A stretch of DNA of 64,000 nt, taken from NCBI GenBank assembly GCA_045646345.1, contig JAZRKN010000005.1, positions 13,594-77,593 of the forward strand, written 5' to 3'. The stretch comes from Candidatus Scatovivens sp. Lineage in GTDB: Bacteria > Bacillota > Clostridia > TANB77 > CAG-508. Positions within the stretch are counted from its first letter, which is position 1, and the number at the start of each line of letters is the position of its first letter. Shown piece by piece: positions 9,474 through 18,883 of the stretch. The notes beneath the pieces are model-generated. The model searched no databases, was not told the origin of the DNA, and saw only the letters and a program-made list of their open reading frames with translations. The translations under genes and the position numbers were made by a program.

Positions 9474-10709
9474 TTGAAAAAAATTAGAATAGTACTTATT
9501 GTTTGTTTACTAATGATAAGCGTGATAGAGTTAAATGTAAATGCAACAGAAGTTGCGGCGGATAATCAAGCTGCACAACCAACTGAAACAGAATTAACAG
9601 CTAATGCAGAACTTGTGGAAAATAATGAGACATTAATAAATACATATGGAAAAATAGTGGATACTCAAGAAGTAAAAGATGTTCAAAATGGTTCTGTTAA
9701 AGAAAAAATACAAGTAGTAACTGTAGAAATTACAGAAGGTGATTATATTGGAGAAGAATTTACAACAGATTATGTATTATCATATGATATTGATGGTAAA
9801 ATTCTAGCATACGAATTAGAAGAAGGAGACGATGTATCTGTTCAAATTGTTGAAGAATCAGATGGAACAACTTCAGCAACGGTGTTAGATGTTGTTAGAG
9901 CTCCATATATTACTTGGATGTTTGTATTATTTTTAACAATAGTAATTATAGTTGGTGGCAAAAAAGGTGTTAAAGCTATATTAGGATTAATTTTTACTAT
10001 AGTATTGATTTATTTTATTATGGTAAAAGGGATTTTTAAAGGAGATCATGCAATTAAAAATTCTATAATTACATCAATTTTAGTAATTACAGGAACATTC
10101 ATAATAATAGGAGATGGAATAAACAAAAAAATATTAACTGCAGCAATAGGAACTTTTGGTGGTGTAATATCTGCAGGAATATTTGCCTTAATATTTAATA
10201 ATTTAGCTAAATTAACAGGTGCTGGAGAAGATGCAATTCAATTAAGTATAAATATGACTGCAATTAATTTTAATTTTAGACAATTATTATTTGCAGGAAT
10301 TATAGTTTCAGCGTTAGGTGCTTGTATGGACGTTGGAATGTCAATTGCATCAAGTTTAGATGAAATTAAAATAAAAAATCCAGATATAACATGGCAAGAA
10401 TTATTAAAAAGTGGTATGAATATAGGTAGAGATGTTATTGGAACAATGACTAATACGTTGATATTGGCTTATGTAGGTGGGTCACTAAACTTGATATTAT
10501 TATTCATGGCTTCAGATATGAATTTGTATGAAATATTAAATAAAGAAACAATAGCAGAACAAATAATTTCTGCTATTGCAGGAAGTATTGGTGTTGTATG
10601 TACAGTCCCAATCACTTCACTTGTATATTCTGTTTTGAATAGAGATAGAGTAGTATATAGAAAAACTTCAGAAAATAAATTAAATGGTAAAAGAAGTTTG
10701 AAAATATAG
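9474..10709 (+). CDS. YibE/F-family polytopic membrane protein
   Basis: GGAGG RBS plus a TTG start. Signal/extracellular domain, then about 8 TM helices. CMDVGMSIASSLDEI matches the YibE/F signature. Confidence 0.65.
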   Translation: MKKIRIVLIVCLLMISVIELNVNATEVAADNQAAQPTETELTANAELVENNETLINTYGKIVDTQEVKDVQNGSVKEKIQVVTVEITEGDYIGEEFTTDYVLSYDIDGKILAYELEEGDDVSVQIVEESDGTTSATVLDVVRAPYITWMFVLFLTIVIIVGGKKGVKAILGLIFTIVLIYFIMVKGIFKGDHAIKNSIITSILVITGTFIIIGDGINKKILTAAIGTFGGVISAGIFALIFNNLAKLTGAGEDAIQLSINMTAINFNFRQLLFAGIIVSALGACMDVGMSIASSLDEIKIKNPDITWQELLKSGMNIGRDVIGTMTNTLILAYVGGSLNLILLFMASDMNLYEILNKETIAEQIISAIAGSIGVVCTVPITSLVYSVLNRDRVVYRKTSENKLNGKRSLKI

Positions 10710-10719
10710 TTTTAAGAGA

Positions 10720-10751
10720 GCCTAAATTGTTTTGATACAATTTGGGCTTTT
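10720..10751 (+). terminator. intrinsic terminator
   Basis: 11-bp stem gcctaaattgt/acaatttgggc plus TTTT. It overlaps the ORF-track start at 10742. Confidence 0.6.
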
Positions 10752-10765
10752 ATTTGGAGAAGTTT

Positions 10766-12358
10766 ATGAAAGAAAAAGTTATTGAATTATTAAAATCATT
10801 AAAAAGACAATTTGTAGAAATAAGAAATGAATTTAGTAAAATTATAGAATATTGTGAAAGTAAAACATTTTTGTTACTAATTACATTTATTATTTTAATT
10901 GTTTGCCACGGTTATTTATTATTTAATTCGAATGTTGGAATAGATACTGATGTATTTGTCAATAATCCAGAAAATAATTATAATTGGATGGAAATTGGAA
11001 GATTTGGATTAATAATAGAAAAAAATATATTAAATTTAAAATTTTTTAATATGTTTTATGCAGAAGCTTTAACGATAGTATTTTTATTTTTGTTTTGTGT
11101 TTTATGTTATTACACGATATACAGATTATCTGGTAAAGATTTTAAAAATTTAAACTTAATATTACCTTTTATATGTTTTACTAATCCAATATGGGCAGAA
11201 GCATTTATTTTTGTTATTCAAATAGCAGAAATATCTTTTGCCTTGATGTTGATTGTTTTAGCCAATTTATTTATATATAAAGGTGCATTAGATGAAAATA
11301 TACTATCAACAATAATAGGGTGCTGTTTATTATTTCTGGCAATGGCAACTTATCAGTCATTTATGGTTGTATATATTGCGATTTGTATAGTAAGTTTTAT
11401 ATTAGTAATGGAAAATGAAGATATAAAAGAAGAAAAATTTTCAATGTTAAAACTTGCGTTATTTGTAGCAATTACATTTATACTTACTTTTACAATATAT
11501 CAAATTACTTTGAAAGCATTGAAGATAGAAAATACATATTTAATTAATGCATGGAAAACTACAACTTCCAAAAGAGATGTGCTAAAAAATATTTATTATC
11601 ATTGCAAAGCGATAATATTTGGAGAAGGGTTGTTTTATAATTTAGGATTAATAATTTCCCTTATAGGAATAGGAATAATAGGAATATATAATTCTATAAA
11701 AAATAAGAAGAATACAAATCTGTTTTTGAAAGTTATATACTATTGCGTATATTTAGCTTTTTGTATGACTCCATTTTTACTAACAATATATGTAGGACAA
11801 AATAGTGTTGTAAGAGCAGAAATATATCTTCCGATAATACAAGCTTTAGCGACTTTATATTGTGTATATTTTATAAAAATAAAAATTAATAATTCATTAA
11901 TAAATTTACTTTTAATTATTAGCATATGTTACTTAGGTATGAATCAGACTTACTATTTAGAGTCATTATATTATACAGATTATTTAACAAGAGAAAGAGA
12001 CAAAGAACTAGTTTATCAAATTGGACATGATATAGCAGAAGCAGGAGCAGAATTAGAAGATAAATTGTATTTTTATGGACATTATAATGGTTTGGACAAT
12101 AATTCTATAATAAGAGGACAATTAATAGGCACATCAGCATTTGAATATGCACATACAACTGATCCAATGTATTATTGGTCTTCACAAACAATAGTATATT
12201 TGCTTAGAGCATATGGCTATAAGTATAATTGGGTTCCAGCAGATATGGCAAGACAAGCAAGAGAAATAGCTGCACCAGAAACCGTTCCATGGTGGCCAGA
12301 AAAAGAGGGAATAATAAAATGTGATGGTTATTGGATAATAAAAATAAATCCATTTTAA
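10766..12358 (+). CDS. large polytopic membrane protein (glycosyltransferase-C/ArnT-like topology suspected)
   Basis: ATG at 10766 follows GGAGAAG. About 11 or more TM helices plus a soluble C-terminal domain. No specific motif recognised. Confidence 0.4.
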   Translation: MKEKVIELLKSLKRQFVEIRNEFSKIIEYCESKTFLLLITFIILIVCHGYLLFNSNVGIDTDVFVNNPENNYNWMEIGRFGLIIEKNILNLKFFNMFYAEALTIVFLFLFCVLCYYTIYRLSGKDFKNLNLILPFICFTNPIWAEAFIFVIQIAEISFALMLIVLANLFIYKGALDENILSTIIGCCLLFLAMATYQSFMVVYIAICIVSFILVMENEDIKEEKFSMLKLALFVAITFILTFTIYQITLKALKIENTYLINAWKTTTSKRDVLKNIYYHCKAIIFGEGLFYNLGLIISLIGIGIIGIYNSIKNKKNTNLFLKVIYYCVYLAFCMTPFLLTIYVGQNSVVRAEIYLPIIQALATLYCVYFIKIKINNSLINLLLIISICYLGMNQTYYLESLYYTDYLTRERDKELVYQIGHDIAEAGAELEDKLYFYGHYNGLDNNSIIRGQLIGTSAFEYAHTTDPMYYWSSQTIVYLLRAYGYKYNWVPADMARQAREIAAPETVPWWPEKEGIIKCDGYWIIKINPF

Positions 12359-12361
12359 AAT

Positions 12362-12392
12362 AAAAAAAGAAACCGTTAAGGTTTCTTTTTTA
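12362..12392. terminator. bidirectional intrinsic terminator
   Basis: A-run, stem agaaacc/ggtttct, then T-run, between convergent genes. Confidence 0.7.
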
Positions 12393-12397
12393 TTTTT

Positions 12398-13690
12398 TTA
12401 TCTAAAGAAATCAAATATACTTCCTCCAGAATTTCCTTGAGAAGGAGTTGTTTGAACTGGAGTTTTTGTTTCTGTAGTTGCCTCAGTTGGTAATTCGGCA
12501 AGAATGATATTTAATTCTAATGTTTCACCATTTCTATAAACTGTTAATTTTACTGTATCACCAATTTTATAATTATATTTAATTTTATTTAATTCGTTTA
12601 CTGATTTTACATTTTGATTTTCTATTTTTGTTATTATATCTGCTTGTTGTAATCCTGCAGATGCAGCAGGAGAGTTCTCTTCAACTTCTTCAACATAAAT
12701 ACCCTCAGGAAGATTATATCTTTTTGCTGTAGTACTATCTACTGAAGAACCAAGAATTCCTATATAAGGTCTTTTTACTGATTGGAATTCTATTAATTGA
12801 TCAATAATAGTTGTTGCAGAAGATATAGGAATAGCAAATCCAATTCCTTCAATTCCTGTTCCAGCAAATTTCATTGTATTAATACCAATTAATTCTCCTT
12901 TAGCATTTACTAATGCACCACCACTATTACCAGAATTTATTGCGGCGTCTGTTTGAATTGCTGTGAATGTAGAACCTTCACTTTCAAGTTCTCTATCAAT
13001 AGCACTTACAATACCGCTAGTTACAGAGTAATCCATTCCAAGTGGATTTCCAACTGCCATTACAAATTCGCCAACTTTAACTGAATTTGAATCGCCGATT
13101 GTAATTGGTTTAAGATCTTTTTTTTCTATTTTTAAGACAGCTAAATCTGTATATGCGTCAGTTCCAATTATTTTTGCTTCATAATTTTCTTGATCACCAT
13201 AAACATTAACTTTTATTCCTGTAGCTTCAGCAATAGTGAACGATGAAGATGTGTCTGAATTGATAACGTGGTTGTTAGTAACAATATAACCGTCTTCTGA
13301 AACTATTATTCCAGAACCAGTTGCTTCACCAGTAGAACTTCCACCAAAGAATGAACTGATTTGATAAGTAACTGTTATACCAACAACTGATGGTAAAGTT
13401 TTTTCAGCAACAGAAACTGCCGTGTTTGAGTAATCTGCAATATTTATTAAACTTGTTGTTTGGTCTTTAGAAGTGTTAGCGGTAGTTATTGTTTGAAAAC
13501 TAAAACCATTAAGTAATTTTGATTTTATAGTAGGAACTCCAAAACATGTTCCGATTACTAAAGTTGATCCTATAACTCCAGATAGAAAAGGAATAACAAC
13601 TGTTTTTCCAAATCCACAACTAGAACGTTTTGAAGAACTTTTTCTGAAATGATTATCTTGACTAAAATTAAATTCGTTTTCGTTATTCAT
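12398..13690 (-). CDS. htrA: HtrA/DegP-family serine protease with PDZ domain
   Basis: TM anchor. Catalytic triad context TNNHV, DLAVLK, GNSGGALVN. C-terminal PDZ domain. Confidence 0.9.
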   Translation of the reverse strand: MNNENEFNFSQDNHFRKSSSKRSSCGFGKTVVIPFLSGVIGSTLVIGTCFGVPTIKSKLLNGFSFQTITTANTSKDQTTSLINIADYSNTAVSVAEKTLPSVVGITVTYQISSFFGGSSTGEATGSGIIVSEDGYIVTNNHVINSDTSSSFTIAEATGIKVNVYGDQENYEAKIIGTDAYTDLAVLKIEKKDLKPITIGDSNSVKVGEFVMAVGNPLGMDYSVTSGIVSAIDRELESEGSTFTAIQTDAAINSGNSGGALVNAKGELIGINTMKFAGTGIEGIGFAIPISSATTIIDQLIEFQSVKRPYIGILGSSVDSTTAKRYNLPEGIYVEEVEENSPAASAGLQQADIITKIENQNVKSVNELNKIKYNYKIGDTVKLTVYRNGETLELNIILAELPTEATTETKTPVQTTPSQGNSGGSIFDFFR

Positions 13691-13913
13691 ATTGTACCTC
13701 CATAATAATTTTATCTTAATATATAATAACGCAAAAAATATTCAGACACAATAGAAATATTAAGAAAAAATTTAATTTTGTGTTGAAATATTTTCCTTGT
13801 ATAGATATAATAACTTTATGAAATTAAATTAAAATTGAATGAAACAAAAGATAAAATTATAAATTTATTAAAAATAGATATAATATAAAAATCAGAATGT
13901 AGAAGGCGAAAAA

Positions 13914-14543
13914 ATGAAAGAAAAAGAGATAGAAAGATTAAATTTGCTTAAAGAAGAGGAATTAAAATTATATGAAAATAATATAGAGTTTATATGTGGA
14001 ATTGATGAAGCAGGAAGAGGACCACTAGCGGGACCAGTTGTTGTTGGAGCAGTAATCCTTCCAAAAGATTCTTTTATCGAAGGAGTAAATGATTCAAAAA
14101 AAATCTCTGAGAAAAAAAGAGAAAAAATATATGATCAAATTTTAGAAGAAGCTATTAGTTATAGTGTTGGAATTGTTGATCAAAAAACTATAGATGAAAT
14201 TAATATTTTGAATGCAACAAAATTAGGGGTAAAAATTGCATTAGAAGGATTAAAACAAAAACCTGACGTAATAATGGTTGATGCTTTAACTAATATGGAT
14301 ACTTTAGGGATTCCTTATATATCAGTTGTAAAAGGAGATGCAAAAAATTATTCAATAGCAGCAGCTTCAATTATAGCAAAAGTAACTAGGGATAGAATAA
14401 TGAAAGAATGGGATGAAATTTATCCAATATATGGTTTTTCAAAGCATAAAGGATATGGTACTGCAGAACACATAAGAATAATAAAAGAAAACGGACCATG
14501 TATTTTACATAGAAAAAGTTTTATAAAAAATTTTGTTAAATAA
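13914..14543 (+). CDS. rnhB: ribonuclease HII
   Basis: GIDEAGRGPLAGPVVVGAV motif; 209 aa. Confidence 0.9.
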   Translation: MKEKEIERLNLLKEEELKLYENNIEFICGIDEAGRGPLAGPVVVGAVILPKDSFIEGVNDSKKISEKKREKIYDQILEEAISYSVGIVDQKTIDEINILNATKLGVKIALEGLKQKPDVIMVDALTNMDTLGIPYISVVKGDAKNYSIAAASIIAKVTRDRIMKEWDEIYPIYGFSKHKGYGTAEHIRIIKENGPCILHRKSFIKNFVK

Positions 14544-14570
14544 ATATACTAAAGAAAGGAAGAGAGTAGG

Positions 14571-15875
14571 ATGGATATTAAAAGTATCATTCGTAAAAAA
14601 AGAGTAAAACAAGAATTAACAAAAGAAGAAATAAGATATTTTGTTAGCAAATTAGTAAGAGGAGAAATAACTGAATCTCAAGCATCTGCAGTATTAAGTT
14701 ATATCTACATTAATGGTCTTACAGAAGATGAAATTCTTTATTTGAGTGTTGCGATGGCTGAATCAGGAGATATGATTGATCTATCAGATATTGCAGAAAA
14801 TATTGTAGATAAACATGCTACAGGTGGAATTGGAGATAAAGCTACAATTCTATTAATGCCAATACTTGCTTCTTTAGATATTCCTGTTGCTAAAGTTTCT
14901 AGTAGAGGATATGGAGTTTCAGGAGGAACTATAGATAAACTAGAATCAATACCAGGTTTTCAAACAGATCTTACAGTAGATGAATTTAAACAAAATTTAA
15001 GAGATGTTGGTGTTTGTATAATGAATCAAGGTTTAAACTTTGCACCAGCTGAAGGAAAAATATATAAATTAAGAAATGAAGTTGCTTGTGAAAATAGTCT
15101 TCCAATAATTGCTGCAAGTTTAATGAGTTTAAAAGTTGCAACTGGAAGTAATAAAATAGTATTTGATATAACATGTGGTAAAGGAACTTATATAAAAACA
15201 CATGAAGAAGCTAAAAGATTAGCTAAATTATTAGTTAGATTAGGAAAAGCATTAGGAAAAGATACAGCGTGTGTTATAACAGATATGAATCAACCAGTAG
15301 GGTATTCAATTGGTCATAACTTAGAAATGAAAGAAACTATAATGGCTTTAAGAGGAATCATTTCCACAGATTTAGGGGATGTCGTTGAAGCTTTAGGAAG
15401 TATAATGATTTCTTTGGCTACAGATAACAAAGATTTAAATGCTAATGCAAATATGATAAAAGAAGTCATGAAAACAGGTAAAGCTTACGAAAAATTTAAG
15501 GAAATGGTTGCAGCGCAAGGTGGAGATGTAGAATATATTGAAAATCCAGAATTGTTAGAAAAATCAAAATATATAATGCCTGTATTATCTACAGAATCAG
15601 GAACTGTTGAAGCGATAGATGCAGATATGGTTGGAAGTATTGCTAGATACTTAGGTGCAGGAAGAATGCAAGATTCTGGACAAATAAACAGAACAGCAGG
15701 AATTACTATTAACAAAAAAATTGGTGATAGTGTAACTGTTGGAGAAACGTTAGCTTATATTCATACAGATGAAGATTCTAAAATAAATGGAACAACACAA
15801 AACTTAAAAGAAGCATTTACAATAACAAATAAAAAATTAAACATGAAATCAAGAGTTTTAGAAATTATAAAATAA
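14571..15875 (+). CDS. pdp: pyrimidine-nucleoside phosphorylase (paralog 1)
   Basis: DKHATGGIGDK and SRGYGVSGGTIDKLESIPG motifs; 434 aa. Confidence 0.9.
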   Translation: MDIKSIIRKKRVKQELTKEEIRYFVSKLVRGEITESQASAVLSYIYINGLTEDEILYLSVAMAESGDMIDLSDIAENIVDKHATGGIGDKATILLMPILASLDIPVAKVSSRGYGVSGGTIDKLESIPGFQTDLTVDEFKQNLRDVGVCIMNQGLNFAPAEGKIYKLRNEVACENSLPIIAASLMSLKVATGSNKIVFDITCGKGTYIKTHEEAKRLAKLLVRLGKALGKDTACVITDMNQPVGYSIGHNLEMKETIMALRGIISTDLGDVVEALGSIMISLATDNKDLNANANMIKEVMKTGKAYEKFKEMVAAQGGDVEYIENPELLEKSKYIMPVLSTESGTVEAIDADMVGSIARYLGAGRMQDSGQINRTAGITINKKIGDSVTVGETLAYIHTDEDSKINGTTQNLKEAFTITNKKLNMKSRVLEIIK

Positions 15876-15878
15876 GGA

Positions 15879-17186
15879 ATGAGTTTTATGAATATATTAG
15901 ATATTATTGAAAATAAAAAAGTTGGAAAAGAATTGTCAAATGAAGAAATTGAATTCTTTGTTGAAAATTATACCAATGGAAGTGTTACAGATTATCAAGC
16001 TGCAGCTTTGATAATGGCAATATGTATTAATGGAATGACCCAAGATGAAATTTTATCATTAACAACTGCAATGGCAAATTCTGGAGATATATTAGATTTA
16101 AGTGATATTTCAGAAAATATTGTAGACAAACACTCAACAGGTGGAGTAGGGGACAAAGTTACATTAATTGTAGCTCCTATAATTGCTGCTCTAGGTATAC
16201 CAGTTGCAAAAATGAGTGGAAGAGGACTTGGAATAACAGGAGGAACTGCAGATAAATTAGAATCAATTCCAGGTTATAATATAAATATTTCTATAGATGA
16301 ATTTAAACAAAATATAAAAGATATTGGAATAAGTTTAATAACTCAAACATTAAATTTAGCACCAGCAGATAAAAAAATTTATGCTTTAAGAGATACAATA
16401 AGCTGTACAAATAGTATGCCTTTAATAGCATCAAGTATAATGAGTAAAAAGATAGCTGCAGGTGCAGGATCAATTGTATTAGATGTAACATGTGGAAGTG
16501 GAGCATTTATGAATACAAAAGAAGAGGCAAAAAAATTAGCTAAATTAATGGCTTTGATTGGAAAATTGGCAGGAAGAGAAACTGTATGTGTGTTAACTGA
16601 TATGGATGAACCTTTAGGCTATTCTGTAGGAAACACATTAGAAGTGATTGAAGCGATAAATGCTTTAAAAGGAAACATGGCTGAAGATGTTAAAGATGTT
16701 GTTTTGAATTTGTCAATTCAAATGATGAATTTATCTGGTTTATATCCAAATCCATTGGAGAATAAATATAAAGTAATGGAAGTTATTGAAAATGGAAAAG
16801 CCTTTGAAAAATTTAGAGAGTTAGTTGAAAGACAAGGTGGAGACATATCATTTATTGATAACCCAGAAAAATTTGAAAAAGCTCCAATAATAATGCCAGT
16901 ACTTGCAGAAGAAGATGGATATGTAGAAGAATTAAATGCTGGTAAAGTTGGAAAAGCAGGATTAGAACTTGGTATTGGAAGAAAACAAAAAGAAGATCCA
17001 ATAGATTATAGAGTTGGATTGATATTTAATAAAAAAGTAGGAGATCAAGTAAAAAGTGGAGATGTTCTAGCATATATACATGCAAATTCTGCTGAAAAAG
17101 CAATGGAATGTGTTGAACAAATTAAAGATGCATATAAATTTGGAAATAGAAAAATTGTAAAGAAAAATATAATAGAAATTATATAA
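15879..17186 (+). CDS. pdp: pyrimidine-nucleoside phosphorylase (paralog 2)
   Basis: DKHSTGGVGDK and GRGLGITGGTADKLESIPG motifs. Colinear with paralog 1. The start may be ATG 15888, which has better RBS spacing. Confidence 0.9.
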   Translation: MSFMNILDIIENKKVGKELSNEEIEFFVENYTNGSVTDYQAAALIMAICINGMTQDEILSLTTAMANSGDILDLSDISENIVDKHSTGGVGDKVTLIVAPIIAALGIPVAKMSGRGLGITGGTADKLESIPGYNINISIDEFKQNIKDIGISLITQTLNLAPADKKIYALRDTISCTNSMPLIASSIMSKKIAAGAGSIVLDVTCGSGAFMNTKEEAKKLAKLMALIGKLAGRETVCVLTDMDEPLGYSVGNTLEVIEAINALKGNMAEDVKDVVLNLSIQMMNLSGLYPNPLENKYKVMEVIENGKAFEKFRELVERQGGDISFIDNPEKFEKAPIIMPVLAEEDGYVEELNAGKVGKAGLELGIGRKQKEDPIDYRVGLIFNKKVGDQVKSGDVLAYIHANSAEKAMECVEQIKDAYKFGNRKIVKKNIIEII

Positions 17187-17226
17187 ATGTACAAAATATA
17201 CATAAGAAAAGAAAGGTGGTAATACA

Positions 17227-18636
17227 ATGTCAAAGACAGACGGAAAAGAACTAAGAGAAAGATTATTCACAAATAGAAACGATGGATGGGAAAATTTATC
17301 AGATGAAGAATTAAGAGGTATATTTCAATTTGCTGATGAATATATGTATTATTTAAATAATTCAAAAACCGAAAAAGAAATAGTTCAAAATTCAAAAGAA
17401 ATATTAATAAAAAACGGATTTGTTGATGTTTCAGAAAAAGAAACATTAAATGCAGGAGATAAAGTTTTCTATGTAAATAGAGGAAGAAGTCTTTATGCAG
17501 CTGTTATAGGAACAGAAAGTTTAGAAAACGGTTTTAAAATTGTTGCAGCACATGGAGATTCACCAAGAATTGATTTAAAACAAAATCCGCTATATGAAGA
17601 TAATGGTTTAGCTATGTTAAAAACACATTATTATGGTGGAATTAAAAAATATCAATGGACAAATATTCCACTTAGTATACATGGAACTGTTGTTAAACCA
17701 GATGGTGAAAAAATAAATATCTGTATTGGTGAAAAAGAAGAAGATCCAATATTTACAATTTCAGATTTATTACCGCACTTAGCTGGAGAACAAATGGAAA
17801 GAAAATTAAAAGATGGAGTTCAAGGTGAAGAACTAAATGTTTTAGTTGGAAGTATTCCTTATGATTCTCATGAAGTTTCAGAGAGAGTAAAATTAAATAT
17901 TTTAAATTTATTAAATGAAAGATATGGAATAAAAGAAGTTGACTTTACAAGTTCTGAAATAGAATTAGTACCAGCTTTTAAAGCTAAAAGTATGGGATTT
18001 GATTATAGTTTAATAGCAGGATATGGACAAGATGATAAGGTTTGTTGTTATACTGGATTAAGAGCAATTCTAGATACACAACAACCAAGAAAAACAGCAA
18101 TGTGCGTAATAACAGATAAAGAAGAAGTTGGATTCAATGGTGTAACAGGAATGTGCACAAGAATATTTGAAACATTCGTGTTAGAATTATTAGAAAAAAC
18201 AGGAAATACAAAAATGAGTTCATTAGATAAAGCCTTTTCAAATACTCAAGCAATTTCAGCAGATGTTGATGCTGCATATAATCCAAATTTTCCAAATGCA
18301 TTTGAGAAAAATAATTCAGCATATTTTGGAAGAGGAATGTCTTTAGTAAAATATACTGGAGCAAGAGGTAAATCTGGAGCTTCTGAAGCGCCAGCAGAAT
18401 TTGTAGCAGAGCTTAGAAAAGTATTTGATGAAGTTGGAGCAAGATATCAAGCTTGTGAACTTGGAAAAGTAGACAAAGGTGGAGGCGGAACAATTGCTTT
18501 AACTTTAGCTAACAGAGGAATGGATGTTGTTGATGTTGGTGTTCCTGTAATGGGAATGCACTCACCTTATGAAATAACAAGTAAATTCGATGTATATCAA
18601 GCTTATAAAGGGTATAGAGCATTTTTCAATAAATAA
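17227..18636 (+). CDS. M18-family aminopeptidase
   Basis: 469 aa. AAHGDSPRIDLK, GQDDKVCCY, ITDKEEVG and MHSPYE are typical of M18/M42-like aminopeptidases. Confidence 0.8.
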   Translation: MSKTDGKELRERLFTNRNDGWENLSDEELRGIFQFADEYMYYLNNSKTEKEIVQNSKEILIKNGFVDVSEKETLNAGDKVFYVNRGRSLYAAVIGTESLENGFKIVAAHGDSPRIDLKQNPLYEDNGLAMLKTHYYGGIKKYQWTNIPLSIHGTVVKPDGEKINICIGEKEEDPIFTISDLLPHLAGEQMERKLKDGVQGEELNVLVGSIPYDSHEVSERVKLNILNLLNERYGIKEVDFTSSEIELVPAFKAKSMGFDYSLIAGYGQDDKVCCYTGLRAILDTQQPRKTAMCVITDKEEVGFNGVTGMCTRIFETFVLELLEKTGNTKMSSLDKAFSNTQAISADVDAAYNPNFPNAFEKNNSAYFGRGMSLVKYTGARGKSGASEAPAEFVAELRKVFDEVGARYQACELGKVDKGGGGTIALTLANRGMDVVDVGVPVMGMHSPYEITSKFDVYQAYKGYRAFFNK

Positions 18637-18650
18637 TAAATAAAATTAAA

Positions 18651-18680
18651 ACTACTTACTTTTTAGTAAGTAGTTTTTTT
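18651..18680 (+). terminator. intrinsic terminator
   Basis: Stem actacttact/agtaagtagt plus T7. Confidence 0.8.
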
Positions 18681-18729
18681 GCTTTGCAAATACAAAAAAT
18701 CAAAAAGATAGAATAATTGGTTTACATAA

Positions 18730-18758
18730 TTGAAAAAGTATCTTATTCATGGTATAAT
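18730..18758 (+). promoter_or_regulatory. sigma-A type promoter of the vWA cassette
   Basis: TTGAAA-17 nt-(TGg)TATAAT. TTTACATAATT lies at 18721-18731, overlapping the -35 hexamer by two bases. The leader is about 120 nt. Confidence 0.55.
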
Positions 18759-18883
18759 GATAACAAGTAAAGTTATGCTTAAATTCAAAATACACAAGTT
18801 TAGAGGATAATTCCTGGTGTACTAAGCAGACTTTATAGGCACGTTGAAAAATTTATGTTTTGATACAATGGAGGTATCGCTTT

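Noticed and set aside
10742-10765. ORF-track start (TTG 10742) for the large membrane protein.
   Set aside because: It lies inside the terminator hairpin of the upstream gene. ATG 10766, with a GGAGAAG RBS, is preferred.
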